This document shows, piece by piece, positions 1 through 9,660 of a stretch of DNA of 64,000 nt. Every line of letters begins with the position of its first letter. Positions within the stretch are counted from its first letter, which is position 1. The notes beneath the pieces were generated by a model. The model had not been told where the DNA came from. It was given only the letters and a program-made list of their open reading frames with translations, and did no database searches. The translations under genes were made by a program, and so were the position numbers. The DNA is from Candidatus Dormiibacterota bacterium (GTDB taxonomy: Bacteria > Chloroflexota > Dormibacteria > Aeolococcales > Bog-877), in NCBI GenBank assembly GCA_027319585.1, contig DAHVMY010000004.1, positions 1,427 to 65,426 on the forward strand, in the 5' to 3' direction.

Positions 1-375
1 CTCCAGCAGCGCCTCGGTGTCGCGTGCCCTCACCTTGAGGAAGAAGGAGAGGTCACCAGCGATGTCATGACACTCGTCGATCTCGGGGCGCTGCCGCAGA
101 CGCCCCGCCAGGCTGCCGCCGGTGACATCCGCCTCCACCCCCACGAAGGCGGTGACGGGCCTGCCCACCGCGCCTGCGTCCAGGGAGAGCGTCCATCCCC
201 GGATCACACCGTCGCGCTGGAGACGCCGGAGTCGCTCGTGCACCGAGGAGGCGGCCAGGCCCACCTCCCGGCCCACCTCCGCGAGAGTCGTGCGGGCATT
301 GGCCTGGAGGCACCGGAGGATTCTCGAATCCAATTCGTCTATCGACCCTTGGTCAAGTGCGCTTTCGAATTTCAT
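1..375 (-). CDS. Lrp/AsnC-family transcriptional regulator (3' end runs off the window)
   Basis: Manual translation from ATG 375: MKFESALDQGSIDELDSRILRCLQANARTTLAEVGREVGLAASSVHERLRRLQRDGVIRGW...ECHDIAGDLSFFLKV. This is an AsnC HTH plus RAM domain. Absent from the ORF track; divergent from EamA. Confidence 0.9.
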   Translation of the reverse strand, partial: MKFESALDQGSIDELDSRILRCLQANARTTLAEVGREVGLAASSVHERLRRLQRDGVIRGWTLSLDAGAVGRPVTAFVGVEADVTGGSLAGRLRQRPEIDECHDIAGDLSFFLKVRARDTEALLE

Positions 376-420
376 TCGGCCTCCTTGCGCCTTCATCCTG
401 CTCTTGCCAATATCAGAGCC

Positions 421-1428
421 ATGGAACTGCATGACTTCTGGCTGCCAACCGTCAGCCCCCGAAGAATAGTAGCCGGCCGCATCTCCGTGACCCAATTGGC
501 GGTCACGGGCTTGTTGCTAGCCGTTGCCGTCTGGGGGGTGAGCTTCGTCGTGGTCAGGGCCGCGATCTCCGCCTACCCAGTGGTCGGCTTCTTGGTCCTA
601 CGGTTCCTGATCGGAGGTGCAGCACTGATCGCACTCGCTTACATCCACCAGCCCTCGCGGCCGCGCTGGCGGATGGTTCCTTGGCGCAGCCTGCTGGGAG
701 TCGGAGTCGCCCTGACGGTTGGGTATGTGACCCAGACCATGGGACTCGACCTGGGAGCATCCCCAGGGGTAGCGGCGACCCTGACCAGCCTGGTCGTGGT
801 GCTGACCCCGGCCTGGGAGTGGTTGGTGCTGGGCCGCGCTCCGGGTGGCCGCGTCGCGGTCAGCGCAGTGCTGGCGATCGGGGGGACCCTCCTCATCTGC
901 GCGACCGCCGCCCCGGCGGCGGCCAGCGCGCACGGGATGCCCGCGGTCGGAGTCGTCTTGGAGATCATCTCGGCCGCCGCCTTCGCGCTCCAGGTGGTGC
1001 TGGTCGGGCGCCTGGGAGAGTCCCTGTCGGCCACGGCTCTGGGCGGAGCCCAGCTGCTGCTGGTGGGCATTCTGCTGCTGCCCGTCTTACCCCTCACGGG
1101 TGGGCTGCCCATGCCCGGTCCCGGAGTGATCGCGGCGGTGATCTTCTCGGCACTGGGCGCCTCCGCGTTCGGGTTCGCGGTGCAAGCCGCTGCACAGAAG
1201 CACATCTCCAATGCCGCGGCAGCGGTCATCATGGCCACCGAGCCCGGCTTCGCGCTGGTGGCGGGGGTGATGGTGGGAGAACAGCGCTTCGGGGTGCTCG
1301 CCGGCGTCGGGTTCCTCATGCTCGTGATCGGAGTGTTGGCACAGGGTGACGGGCCCTGGGGCGAACGAGTGCGCGCCGCCCTGCTCACCGCGGTGTCGGC
1401 CGGACGGCTTCGGCATCAGGAGGCCTGA
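421..1428 (+). CDS. EamA/DMT-family transporter
   Basis: About 10 hydrophobic segments with VWGxSF and RF motifs; start taken at ATG 421 because the longer ORF overlaps the Lrp gene. Confidence 0.85.
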   Translation: MELHDFWLPTVSPRRIVAGRISVTQLAVTGLLLAVAVWGVSFVVVRAAISAYPVVGFLVLRFLIGGAALIALAYIHQPSRPRWRMVPWRSLLGVGVALTVGYVTQTMGLDLGASPGVAATLTSLVVVLTPAWEWLVLGRAPGGRVAVSAVLAIGGTLLICATAAPAAASAHGMPAVGVVLEIISAAAFALQVVLVGRLGESLSATALGGAQLLLVGILLLPVLPLTGGLPMPGPGVIAAVIFSALGASAFGFAVQAAAQKHISNAAAAVIMATEPGFALVAGVMVGEQRFGVLAGVGFLMLVIGVLAQGDGPWGERVRAALLTAVSAGRLRHQEA

Positions 1429-1498
1429 CCCGGGTCGGCACGACCAGAGGGCCAGTTCGGGGGCACGCCATGTCCGCTGAAGGCGAGAAACTGACTTC

Positions 1499-2335
1499 AT
1501 GAACTCGTCTCAGCTCACGCTGATGGTGGTCCACGCCCATCCCGACGACGAGGCCACCTCCACAGGCGGGATCCTCCATCGTTATGCCGACGAAGGGATC
1601 CGGACCGTATTGGTCACCTGCACCGGAGGTGAGCTGGGAGATGGTCCGGGAGGGATCAAGCCCGATCAGGAAGGGCACGACGAGGAGGAGGTCCGGGCCA
1701 TGCGCCGAGGCGAACTCGAGCGGGCCTGCGAGGTGCTTCACGTCGGCCACCTCGAACTGCTGGGCTACCTGGACTCAGGGATGGCCGGATGGGCCCAGAA
1801 CGGGCGCCCGGGCTCGCTCTCGGGTACCCCGCTGGAGGACGAACTCACCCGGCTGCTGCCTCTCTTGGAGCGCTACCAGCCCCAGGTGCTGGTCAGCTAC
1901 GACGAGAACGGAGGCTATGGCCATCCCGACCACATCCGGGCCCACCAGCTCGCCCGCGAGGCCGCCCTCCGCTCCGGCGTACCGGCCAAGCTCTACTACA
2001 CCGCGTTTGCGAAGTCGGCGTTCAAGGACGCCCTCCGGGCCGCCAAGGCCGCCGGGCTCTCAGCCGAGCAGCTCCCGGCTTTCGACTTCGACCCCGAGAA
2101 CCCGCCATTCGGGGTGGAGGACGACGTGATCACGACCACCGTCGACGTGGCGGCCGACATTGCCGCCAAACTGGCCGCCCTCAGAGCCCATGCCAGCCAG
2201 GCCGACAACGGGTTCCTGCTGGACCTGCCGGAGGCGGTGGTGGCAGCCGTGATGGGGCGCGAGCACTTCATTCGCGCGCTCGACAAGACCGGGGCCCCAG
2301 TGCCAGAAACGGACCTCTTCGCGGGCTTGCGCTAG
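1499..2335 (+). CDS. PIG-L/LmbE-family deacetylase (MshB/Mca-like)
   Basis: HAHPDDE, GYLDSGM, YGHPDH and HASQ motifs. Confidence 0.85.
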   Translation: MNSSQLTLMVVHAHPDDEATSTGGILHRYADEGIRTVLVTCTGGELGDGPGGIKPDQEGHDEEEVRAMRRGELERACEVLHVGHLELLGYLDSGMAGWAQNGRPGSLSGTPLEDELTRLLPLLERYQPQVLVSYDENGGYGHPDHIRAHQLAREAALRSGVPAKLYYTAFAKSAFKDALRAAKAAGLSAEQLPAFDFDPENPPFGVEDDVITTTVDVAADIAAKLAALRAHASQADNGFLLDLPEAVVAAVMGREHFIRALDKTGAPVPETDLFAGLR

Positions 2336-2445
2336 CCCCGGAAGGAGCGGCTCAGCGGCAGCGGGGCATGCGGCCAGGACACTCAGCCGACTCTCCACCT
2401 CCCGCAGCAGAATGGATGACGGGCAAGCTCTGATGGGAGGAATCG

Positions 2446-3360
2446 ATGTCGCGTAGTGGAAGGCAGTTCACCCTGCGCTTCGGGGACCAGGAGGCCGTGG
2501 TCACCGAGGTGGGCGGCACGTTACGAGAGTATCGAGTGGGGGGCCGTCCGGTCGTCGACGGCTTCTCACCAGTCGAGCGGAGTCGAGACGGTCGAGGCCA
2601 GATCCTGTTGCCCTGGCCGAATCGCATCGACGGCGGCCGGTACACCTTCGCGGACGGGGAGAATCAACTGCCCATCAACGAGATCGAGCACGGCAACGCC
2701 ATCCACGGACTGGTTCGGTGGATACCCTGGACGCTACAGGAGGTCACCGGGAGCTCCGTCACGCTGGCGGCGATGATCTTCCCCCAACCGGGTTACGATC
2801 ACCTGCTCGCCAGCGTGGTGGAGTACCAGCTCAGCGAACAGGGGCTCACCGTGAAGCTGGTGGCCTCCAACCGAGGCGAGGAGGCCCTGCCGTTCGGAGT
2901 GGGGTTCCACCCCTACCTCGTTCTACCCCTCTCCCCCGTGGATGAGCTGGAGCTGGCAGTGCCCGCCACCCTGCGCCTCAGGGCCGACCGACGCGGGATC
3001 CCCGTCGGCGAACCGGTGGTGGTGGCCGGATCCGACTTCGACTTCACGACTCCCCGGCGGATCGGCCGGATCCAACTGGACGCAACCTACACCGGGCTGG
3101 TCCGCACCGCCGCAGGCAAAGCCGAGGTGCGTCTGACCGACCCGGTTTCGCGCGCCGGGGTGCGGCTATGGGCCGACCAGAGCTTGCCCTACCTCCAGCT
3201 CTTTACCGGAGACACACTGGCTGATCCTGCCGCCCGCCGTCGCAGCCTGGCGGTCGAGCCGATGAGCTGCCCTCCGGATGCGTTCCGCTCGGGGCGAGAT
3301 CTGGTGGTCCTGGTGCCCGGCGCCTCCTTCACCGCGAGCTGGGGGATTTCCGCGACGTGA
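2446..3360 (+). CDS. Aldose 1-epimerase family protein
   Basis: LLPWPNRIDGG, IHGLVRW, GFHPY and AVEPM motifs. Confidence 0.9.
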   Translation: MSRSGRQFTLRFGDQEAVVTEVGGTLREYRVGGRPVVDGFSPVERSRDGRGQILLPWPNRIDGGRYTFADGENQLPINEIEHGNAIHGLVRWIPWTLQEVTGSSVTLAAMIFPQPGYDHLLASVVEYQLSEQGLTVKLVASNRGEEALPFGVGFHPYLVLPLSPVDELELAVPATLRLRADRRGIPVGEPVVVAGSDFDFTTPRRIGRIQLDATYTGLVRTAAGKAEVRLTDPVSRAGVRLWADQSLPYLQLFTGDTLADPAARRRSLAVEPMSCPPDAFRSGRDLVVLVPGASFTASWGISAT

Positions 3361-4034
3361 CCCGAAGACTGGATGGGCAGGTCATCCTGGACCGCGAGGA
3401 TGTGGGCCGGATCGAGGCGGGCAGAGCCGTGCTCTTCGATGTGGATGGTGTGCTACTGGATTCCATGCCGGTGTATCGCAGGGTATGGGCCAGGTGGGCC
3501 CGCGCCTGCGGCCTGGATCCCGACGCGGTCTGGGCGGTCACCCCGGGCCGCAGACCAGCCGACGTCATCGAAGTGCTCGCACCCCAGCTGGATCTGGTGG
3601 ACGAGATCGGCCGGCTGACGACCCTGCTGGACGGTGAACTGGAGCACCTTCCCGCCATGCCGGGGGCGGCGGACCTCCTCACATCCCTGCCACCCTTCAG
3701 GTGGGCCCTGGTCACCTCCAACACCAAGGAGGTGGTACTGGCCTGCTTTCGCCGGCTGCTCCTGCCCACCCCGTTGCTGGTGGTCGACGGAGATGCCGTG
3801 GAGCGAGGGAAGCCCCACCCGGAGGGCTTCCTGAGGGCGGCCTCGGGACTCGGAGTGGCGCCGGGCGATTGCCTGGTTGTGGAGGACGCGGCCGCAGGAG
3901 TTCTGGCCGCCCGGGCTGCGGGGATGACCGTGCTCGGGATTGCCTCCACCGAGCCCGAGGAGAACCTCGCCGCAGCGGACTCGGTCTTCGTGTCGCTCCG
4001 GGAGGCTGCCCCCGCCATCCGGGATTGGGTCTAG
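3357..4034 (+). CDS. HAD-superfamily phosphatase
   Basis: LFDVDGVLLDS, LVTS, GKPHPE and VVEDA motifs; 4-bp overlap with the upstream gene. Confidence 0.9.
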   Translation: MTRRLDGQVILDREDVGRIEAGRAVLFDVDGVLLDSMPVYRRVWARWARACGLDPDAVWAVTPGRRPADVIEVLAPQLDLVDEIGRLTTLLDGELEHLPAMPGAADLLTSLPPFRWALVTSNTKEVVLACFRRLLLPTPLLVVDGDAVERGKPHPEGFLRAASGLGVAPGDCLVVEDAAAGVLAARAAGMTVLGIASTEPEENLAAADSVFVSLREAAPAIRDWV

Positions 4035-4136
4035 CAGCGACCTTCAGACGGGCGACTCAGCCGCGGCGCCGTCCGCAAAGCCCACGCGGTAGGGCCGGGT
4101 CACCGGCGCTGGCGGCCGTGGCAGCGGGCGGTCTAC

Positions 4137-5462
4137 CTACCGCGGGCTGGTCAGGAACTGAGCCAGAGCGCGCACCATCCACAGGACGTCCTGGGAGCCG
4201 CAGAGCTCCCGGGCCGAATGCATGGCGAGCTGGGAGAATCCAACGTCGACTGTCGCAACTCCCAGGCGGGCGGAAAGGGCCGGCCCGATCGTGCTGCCAC
4301 AGGGGCGGTCGGACCGCGCCAAAAACGTCTGCACCGGCACTCCGGCCGCCTGGCAGCAGGCCGAAAAGCGAGCTGCGCCCGAAGCATCGGTGGCATACCG
4401 CTGTCCGGCGTTGACCTTGATCGCTGGCCCCTGGTTCAAGTGGACCAGATGGCCGGGCTCGTAGTGGTCCAGGTAGTTCGGGTTCACCGCGTGCGTCATG
4501 TCCGCCGAGACCAATGTGCTCTGGGACATGCTGCGCAGGAATTCCTCTCGGTTCCATCCCCACGCCAGGCAGATCCGCTCCAGAGTGGCCGGCAGGAACT
4601 CCCCGTCCGCTCCGGTCGAGCTGGTGCTGCCGACCTCTTCGTGGTCGAACAGGCAGACCACGGCCGGCAAGCTGAGACTCCCCGACCCGGCCCCGACCTG
4701 AGCCAGCGCTCGACAGGCCGCGTAGCTACTGCCGAGGTTGTCCAGCCGCGGCGCGCTCACGAATTCATCGCTGGCGCCGGCCAGCCGCCCCCCGGCCAGG
4801 TCGTGCGCCATCAGATCCCAGGTTGCGATCGACGCTGATTCGACTCCGAGGTGGTCGGCCAGGAGATCCTGGAAGCCGGGCAGGCCCTCCCCCGCCAACC
4901 CCATGATGGGCACCAGTTGCGTCTGCGGGTTCAGCCGCAGCCCATCGCTGCTCACCTGCCGATCGAGATGGGGCGCGAGCTGGGGGATCCGGAGCACGGG
5001 CCGGTCGATCCGCAGCAGCCGCAGCTCGACTTCGTCTCCGGCTCGAACGGCCACCCGACCGGAGATCCCCAGGTCGCGATCCAGCCATGAGTTCATCAGG
5101 AGGCCGCCGTACGGATCCACGGCGAGCTGGCGGTAGCCCGCCCGGTCCAGCTCCGGTCGCGGGCGGATGCGCAGGTTGGGGCTGTCGGTGTGGGCTCCGA
5201 CGATCCGCATTGCCGAACCGGGCACGGCCCCCTCCGGAAGGGCCCAGGCGATCAGCGTGCCGCCGCGGACCACGAGATGCCGGCCACCAGCGGGCCACGG
5301 ATCCGCCTCCTCGACTCGAGTGAAGCCAGCGCCCTCCAGCATCGCGGCAGCGCTGGCGCAGGCGTGGTAGGGCGAGGGGGCCGAATCGATGAAGTCGAGC
5401 AGGCCGAGCGCCTCGGCGGTGAATTCGCTGGGCGGGTGCCCTCCAGGCTGCATCGAGTCCAT
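4137..5462 (-). CDS. M18-family aminopeptidase
   Basis: SPSPYHA, GAHTDSP, RLDNL, FDHEEVGS, SADMTHA and MHSARE motifs; start approximate. Confidence 0.9.
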   Translation of the reverse strand: MDSMQPGGHPPSEFTAEALGLLDFIDSAPSPYHACASAAAMLEGAGFTRVEEADPWPAGGRHLVVRGGTLIAWALPEGAVPGSAMRIVGAHTDSPNLRIRPRPELDRAGYRQLAVDPYGGLLMNSWLDRDLGISGRVAVRAGDEVELRLLRIDRPVLRIPQLAPHLDRQVSSDGLRLNPQTQLVPIMGLAGEGLPGFQDLLADHLGVESASIATWDLMAHDLAGGRLAGASDEFVSAPRLDNLGSSYAACRALAQVGAGSGSLSLPAVVCLFDHEEVGSTSSTGADGEFLPATLERICLAWGWNREEFLRSMSQSTLVSADMTHAVNPNYLDHYEPGHLVHLNQGPAIKVNAGQRYATDASGAARFSACCQAAGVPVQTFLARSDRPCGSTIGPALSARLGVATVDVGFSQLAMHSARELCGSQDVLWMVRALAQFLTSPR

Positions 5463-5667
5463 GAAAGCAGATTGGGGCCCCCAAGCGCCCCTCACCCTCA
5501 CTGCGGTAGGCTGACCTTGGTGGACCTGCGGGGGAGTGGGATGTGAACGAGCTCCGAGTTCGGGCGATCGGCCACCGGCTCAGTTCCCACCCCTGACCGC
5601 CCTCCGCCATCTGGGGTTGGACCGCCACGGGCCGCCGCCGGCGGCGTTGGGCACAAGTGAGGTGGGT

Positions 5668-6882
5668 ATGGCCAAGATCAGGGTCGTCAATCCGGTGGTG
5701 GAACTCGATGGGGACGAGATGACTCGGATCATCTGGCAGCTGATCAAGGATCAGCTGATCCTGCCCCATCTGGAGCTGACTTTGGATTACTACGACCTGG
5801 GCATCGAGCACCGCGATGCCACCAACGACCAGGTGACCATAGACGCCGCCCACGCCATCAAGCGACATGGGGTTGGCGTCAAGTGCGCCACCATCACCCC
5901 CGACGAGGCCAGGGTCAAGGAGTTCGGGCTGAAGCAGATGTGGCGTTCCCCCAACGGCACGATCCGCAACATCCTGGGGGGCGTGATCTTTCGAGAGCCG
6001 ATCGTGATCCGCAACATCCCGCGGCTGGTGCCAAGCTGGACCAAGCCAATCGTGATCGGCCGCCACGCCCATGGCGACCAGTACCGCGCCACCGACTTCC
6101 GGGTTCCGGGGCCGGGGAAGGTGACCATCACCTACACCCCGGTAGACGGTGGGGAGCCGATGGAATTTTCCGTCGCCGACTTCGAAGGTGGGGGCGTGGC
6201 GATGGCGATGTACAACTACGATGACTCGATCCGCGACTTCGCCCGAGCGTCGCTGAGCTATGGGCTCAAGCGCGGGTTCCCGGTCTACCTCTCCACCAAG
6301 AACACGATCCTCAAGGTCTACGACGGTCGCTTCAAGGACCTCTTCCAGGAGGTCTTCGATCAGGAGTTCAAGGCTCAGTTCGAAGCTGCCGGACTCACCT
6401 ACGAACACCGCCTCATCGACGATATGGTGGCTGCCGCCATCAAGTGGGAGGGGGGGTATGTGTGGGCCTGCAAGAACTACGACGGAGACGTGCAGTCGGA
6501 CACGATCGCCCAGGGGTTCGGATCCCTGGGCCTGATGACCAGTGTCCTGCTGACCCCGGACGGCCGCACCATGGAGGCCGAGGCGGCGCACGGCACCGTG
6601 ACTCGCCACTACCGCCTCCATCAGCAGGGACTGCCCACCTCGACCAATCCCATCGCCTCGATCTTCGCCTGGACCAGAGCCCTGGCCCATCGCGGAGAGC
6701 TGGACGGCACCCCCGACGTGGTGCACTTCGCCGAGGCCCTGGAGGCGGCGTGCGTGGCCACCGTCGAGTCGGGGCGGATGACCAAGGACTTGGCTCTGCT
6801 CATCGGCCCGGACGCCGCCTGGCTCACCACCGAAGAGTTCTTGGGAGCGGTCGCAGAGGAGCTGTCCGCTCGGCTCGCCTGA
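5668..6882 (+). CDS. icd: NADP-dependent isocitrate dehydrogenase
   Basis: [43 protein letters not shown] and [10 protein letters not shown] motifs. Confidence 0.97.
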   Translation: MAKIRVVNPVVELDGDEMTRIIWQLIKDQLILPHLELTLDYYDLGIEHRDATNDQVTIDAAHAIKRHGVGVKCATITPDEARVKEFGLKQMWRSPNGTIRNILGGVIFREPIVIRNIPRLVPSWTKPIVIGRHAHGDQYRATDFRVPGPGKVTITYTPVDGGEPMEFSVADFEGGGVAMAMYNYDDSIRDFARASLSYGLKRGFPVYLSTKNTILKVYDGRFKDLFQEVFDQEFKAQFEAAGLTYEHRLIDDMVAAAIKWEGGYVWACKNYDGDVQSDTIAQGFGSLGLMTSVLLTPDGRTMEAEAAHGTVTRHYRLHQQGLPTSTNPIASIFAWTRALAHRGELDGTPDVVHFAEALEAACVATVESGRMTKDLALLIGPDAAWLTTEEFLGAVAEELSARLA

Positions 6883-6981
6883 CCCCGGACTCGGGCGACG
6901 CGTCGGCGTGACGCGGGGTCGCCACGAACTGGCACCGGGCCAGCTGTCGGTGCGGGAGTCCGCCCGCCCGATCGCCGGCCG

Positions 6982-7053
6982 TCGGGGCGGCAGGATTCGA
7001 ACCTGCGACCTCCACTTCCCAAAAGTGGCGTGCTACCCCTGCACCACGCCCCG
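6982..7053 (-). tRNA. tRNA-Pro(TGG)
   Basis: Reverse complement CGGGGCG...CCACT-TTTGGGA-AGTGG...GTTCGAATCC...CGCCCCGA forms a cloverleaf; CCA is not encoded; a TATGAT -10-like hexamer lies upstream. Confidence 0.95.
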
Positions 7054-7127
7054 TTCGGCCAGCGCCATCGGCCGCACCATCATATTGATCTCGCCAGCAG
7101 TGGCCTGGCAGGGGCCGCGCCTCAGCC

Positions 7128-7760
7128 TCAGTCGGACCTGACGGTCAGCGAGCGCACCAGCTCCTGAGCCGCCCGGCCGCGATGGCTGAGGCTGGCCTTC
7201 TCTCCCTCCGCCAGCTCCGCCATCGTCCGGTCATGGCCTTCCGGCACGAAGATCGGATCGTAGCCGAAGCCGCCCCGCCCCCGGGGCGAGCCGAGCAGGG
7301 TGCCCCGGACCACCCCCTCCACGAAGAGCGGGTCACGCGAGCGCAAAGGGTCGAGATACGCCAGCACGCAGCGAAAGGTGGCCCCGCGCTGCCCGACCGG
7401 CAGGCGCGCCACCTTGGCGGCCAGGGCCTCAAGCAGCTGCTCTGAAGTGAACCCGTCTCCCATCCACCGGGCGGTCTGCACGCCGGGCCAGCCATCGAAG
7501 GCGTCGAGCTCGAGGCCGCTGTCATCCGCCAGCGCGGGAAGGCCGGTCGCCGTGTGCACGGCCACGGCCTTGATCACCGCGTTCTCACGGTAGCTAGCTC
7601 CACTCTCGTCCCAGGCCACGTCTCGGCCGCCCGGACACTCGTCAACGCTGACCAGCCGCCACGGAAGCTCGGTCAGGAGGCGGCGCAGTTCGGCGAGCTT
7701 GCCCTGATTGCGGCTGGCCAGGGCCACCAGGCGGTTCGGCGCCATGACTTTGACGACCAA
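7128..7760 (-). CDS. rdgB: RdgB/HAM1 non-canonical purine NTP pyrophosphatase
   Basis: ASRNQGK, ENAVIKA, ALADDSGL, GFGYDPIF and SHRGRA motifs; follows rph. Confidence 0.93.
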   Translation of the reverse strand: MVVKVMAPNRLVALASRNQGKLAELRRLLTELPWRLVSVDECPGGRDVAWDESGASYRENAVIKAVAVHTATGLPALADDSGLELDAFDGWPGVQTARWMGDGFTSEQLLEALAAKVARLPVGQRGATFRCVLAYLDPLRSRDPLFVEGVVRGTLLGSPRGRGGFGYDPIFVPEGHDRTMAELAEGEKASLSHRGRAAQELVRSLTVRSD

Positions 7761-7763
7761 CGG

Positions 7764-8489
7764 TCAGGCGGGATGCACTTGCAGCGCCGCCGCCTGAGCT
7801 GCCAGCACCTGGCGGATGCCCGCCTCCGCCAGGGTCAGGATCGGATCCAGCTGACGGCGGGGAAGTGCAGACCCCTCCGCGGTGCCCTGGACCTCGACGA
7901 TCTCGAGCTGGTCTGTCATGACCAGGTTCAGGTCCACCGCAGCACGGCTGTCCTCACCGTAGTCCAGGTCAACCAGCGGGATCCCATCGACCAGCCCCGC
8001 GCTGATCGCCGCGACCTGGCGCACCAGTGGATCAGACTTCACCATGCCCGCTGCCTGCAACCGGCGGCAGGCCAGCGCCAGGGCCACGAAGCCACCGGAG
8101 ATGGAGGCCGTGCGGGTACCACCATCAGCGCGCAGCACGTCGCAGTCCACGATCACGGTGCGCTCACCCAGACGACGCATGTCCACGGCGGCGCGCAGGC
8201 TGCGGGCCACCAGGCGCTGGATCTCCTGAGACCGCCCATCCACGCGGCCGCCCCGCTCCCTGGGGCTGCGCTCCTGGGTGGCCCGGGGCAGCATGCCGTA
8301 CTCGGCCGTCACCCAGCCCAGACGGGTGCCCCGCCGATGCGGGGGGACACGCTCCTCGATGGTGGCGGTGCACAGCACCCGGGTCCCGCCGACGGCGATG
8401 GTGACCGCCCCCTCTGCCCAACTATCGATCTCGGGCAAAATGCTCAGCGGACGAATCGCAGCGGGCTCGCGCCCGTCCCCGCGGGCCAT
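7764..8489 (-). CDS. rph: Ribonuclease PH
   Basis: GWVTAEYGMLPRAT, RSQEIQRL, DCDVLRADGGTRTASISG and VEVQGTAE motifs; ATG overlaps the tatC stop. Confidence 0.96.
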   Translation of the reverse strand: MARGDGREPAAIRPLSILPEIDSWAEGAVTIAVGGTRVLCTATIEERVPPHRRGTRLGWVTAEYGMLPRATQERSPRERGGRVDGRSQEIQRLVARSLRAAVDMRRLGERTVIVDCDVLRADGGTRTASISGGFVALALACRRLQAAGMVKSDPLVRQVAAISAGLVDGIPLVDLDYGEDSRAAVDLNLVMTDQLEIVEVQGTAEGSALPRRQLDPILTLAEAGIRQVLAAQAAALQVHPA

Positions 8490-9271
8490 CAGCGGTGGAG
8501 CACGTGGCGGATGAACAGGATGCTTCCCTCGTAGAACAGAATCAGGGCGATGGACAGGAACGTGGGAGTGAAGGGGTCCGCCCCGGGGGTCACGATCAAG
8601 GCCACGAACACTATCACGAAGATCGCGACCTTCCGCCAGCGCCGGAGCTGCTCGCTGCTGAGGATGCCGACCGCCCCCAGCAGGCAGAGGGCTACGGGCA
8701 TCTCGAATGTGACCCCGAACACCAACACCACCAGGGCCAGGAACGAGAGGTAGGCGCCGAGATCGGGCAGGTAGACCGCGTTGCTCCCCAAGAAGGTGGC
8801 CAAAAAGGCCAGGCCGATGGGAATCACGAAATAGGCGAACAGGCCCCCGAGGGCGAAGAAGAACAGGGTGCCGAACACGAACGGAAAGGCCAACCGGCGC
8901 TCGTTGGCGCGCAGCCCAGGGGCGATGAAGCGCCAGATCTGCCAGACCACGACCGGCAGGGCCAGGACCGCGCCCGCCACCGCCGCCACCTCGAATGGGA
9001 TCGCCAAGCCCTGAATGGGGCTGGTGACCACCACCTTCTGCCCGAATGGTGAGTGGGTGCGCGCCAGCGCCAGATGCAAGGGTCGCTCCAGGATTGCGAT
9101 CAGTCGCTGGTTGAACAGGAAGGCGATCACCGTGGTGGCCGCCCACGCGACCAGGATGACGATGATCGCGCGCCGCAGCTCCTCGAGGTGCTCGACCAGA
9201 GTTAGCTCGCGGTCGGCGGCAGCCGGGCCCGGACGGCGCGCGGCCGGCCAGCCTATGCGGCGGGCGGCCAT
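8489..9271 (-). CDS. tatC: Twin-arginine translocase subunit TatC
   Basis: LVEHLEELRR, FIAPGL, FGVTFEMP and TPGADP motifs; six TM segments. Confidence 0.95.
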   Translation of the reverse strand: MAARRIGWPAARRPGPAAADRELTLVEHLEELRRAIIVILVAWAATTVIAFLFNQRLIAILERPLHLALARTHSPFGQKVVVTSPIQGLAIPFEVAAVAGAVLALPVVVWQIWRFIAPGLRANERRLAFPFVFGTLFFFALGGLFAYFVIPIGLAFLATFLGSNAVYLPDLGAYLSFLALVVLVFGVTFEMPVALCLLGAVGILSSEQLRRWRKVAIFVIVFVALIVTPGADPFTPTFLSIALILFYEGSILFIRHVLHR

Positions 9272-9293
9272 GACGGGCCGAGGAACGGGCGGA

Positions 9294-9563
9294 TCAGCCC
9301 GCCGACTCGGACGAACCCGGCTCTGGGCCGGGGTCAGCCGCCGGGCTGGCGGAGCCCTGGGCGGCGGGTCCAGCCGGCTGAGCCTGAGCGGGGCTCAGAG
9401 TGGTGACCGAGCTGGGGTCATGGGTCGCCGACTGGGTCGCGGACCGGAACTCATTGATCGCCTTGCCCAGTGACTGCCCCAGCTCTGGAAGTCGCTTGGG
9501 GCCGAACACGACCAAAGCGATCAAGAGCAGGATGATGATGTAAACCCAGTGGTCACTGAACAT
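9294..9563 (-). CDS. tatA: Twin-arginine translocase subunit TatA
   Basis: TM helix followed by FGPKRLPELGQSLGKAINEF; TGCTATACT extended -10-like element at 9602-9610. Confidence 0.93.
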   Translation of the reverse strand: MFSDHWVYIIILLLIALVVFGPKRLPELGQSLGKAINEFRSATQSATHDPSSVTTLSPAQAQPAGPAAQGSASPAADPGPEPGSSESAG

Positions 9564-9660
9564 GGCACCCGCCTCTTGGGGAAATTTGCGAAACCGGCCG
9601 GAGTATAGCACCGGCCAAGGCGCCCCCCGCCGGTCCGATCAGGCGGCTGACCGCAGCCTG

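Noticed and set aside
4034-4146. Inverted repeat CGCGGTAGG/CCTACCGCG between convergent genes
   Set aside because: Compatible with an ordinary terminator-region hairpin in GC-rich DNA; no T-tract and no further copies noticed.
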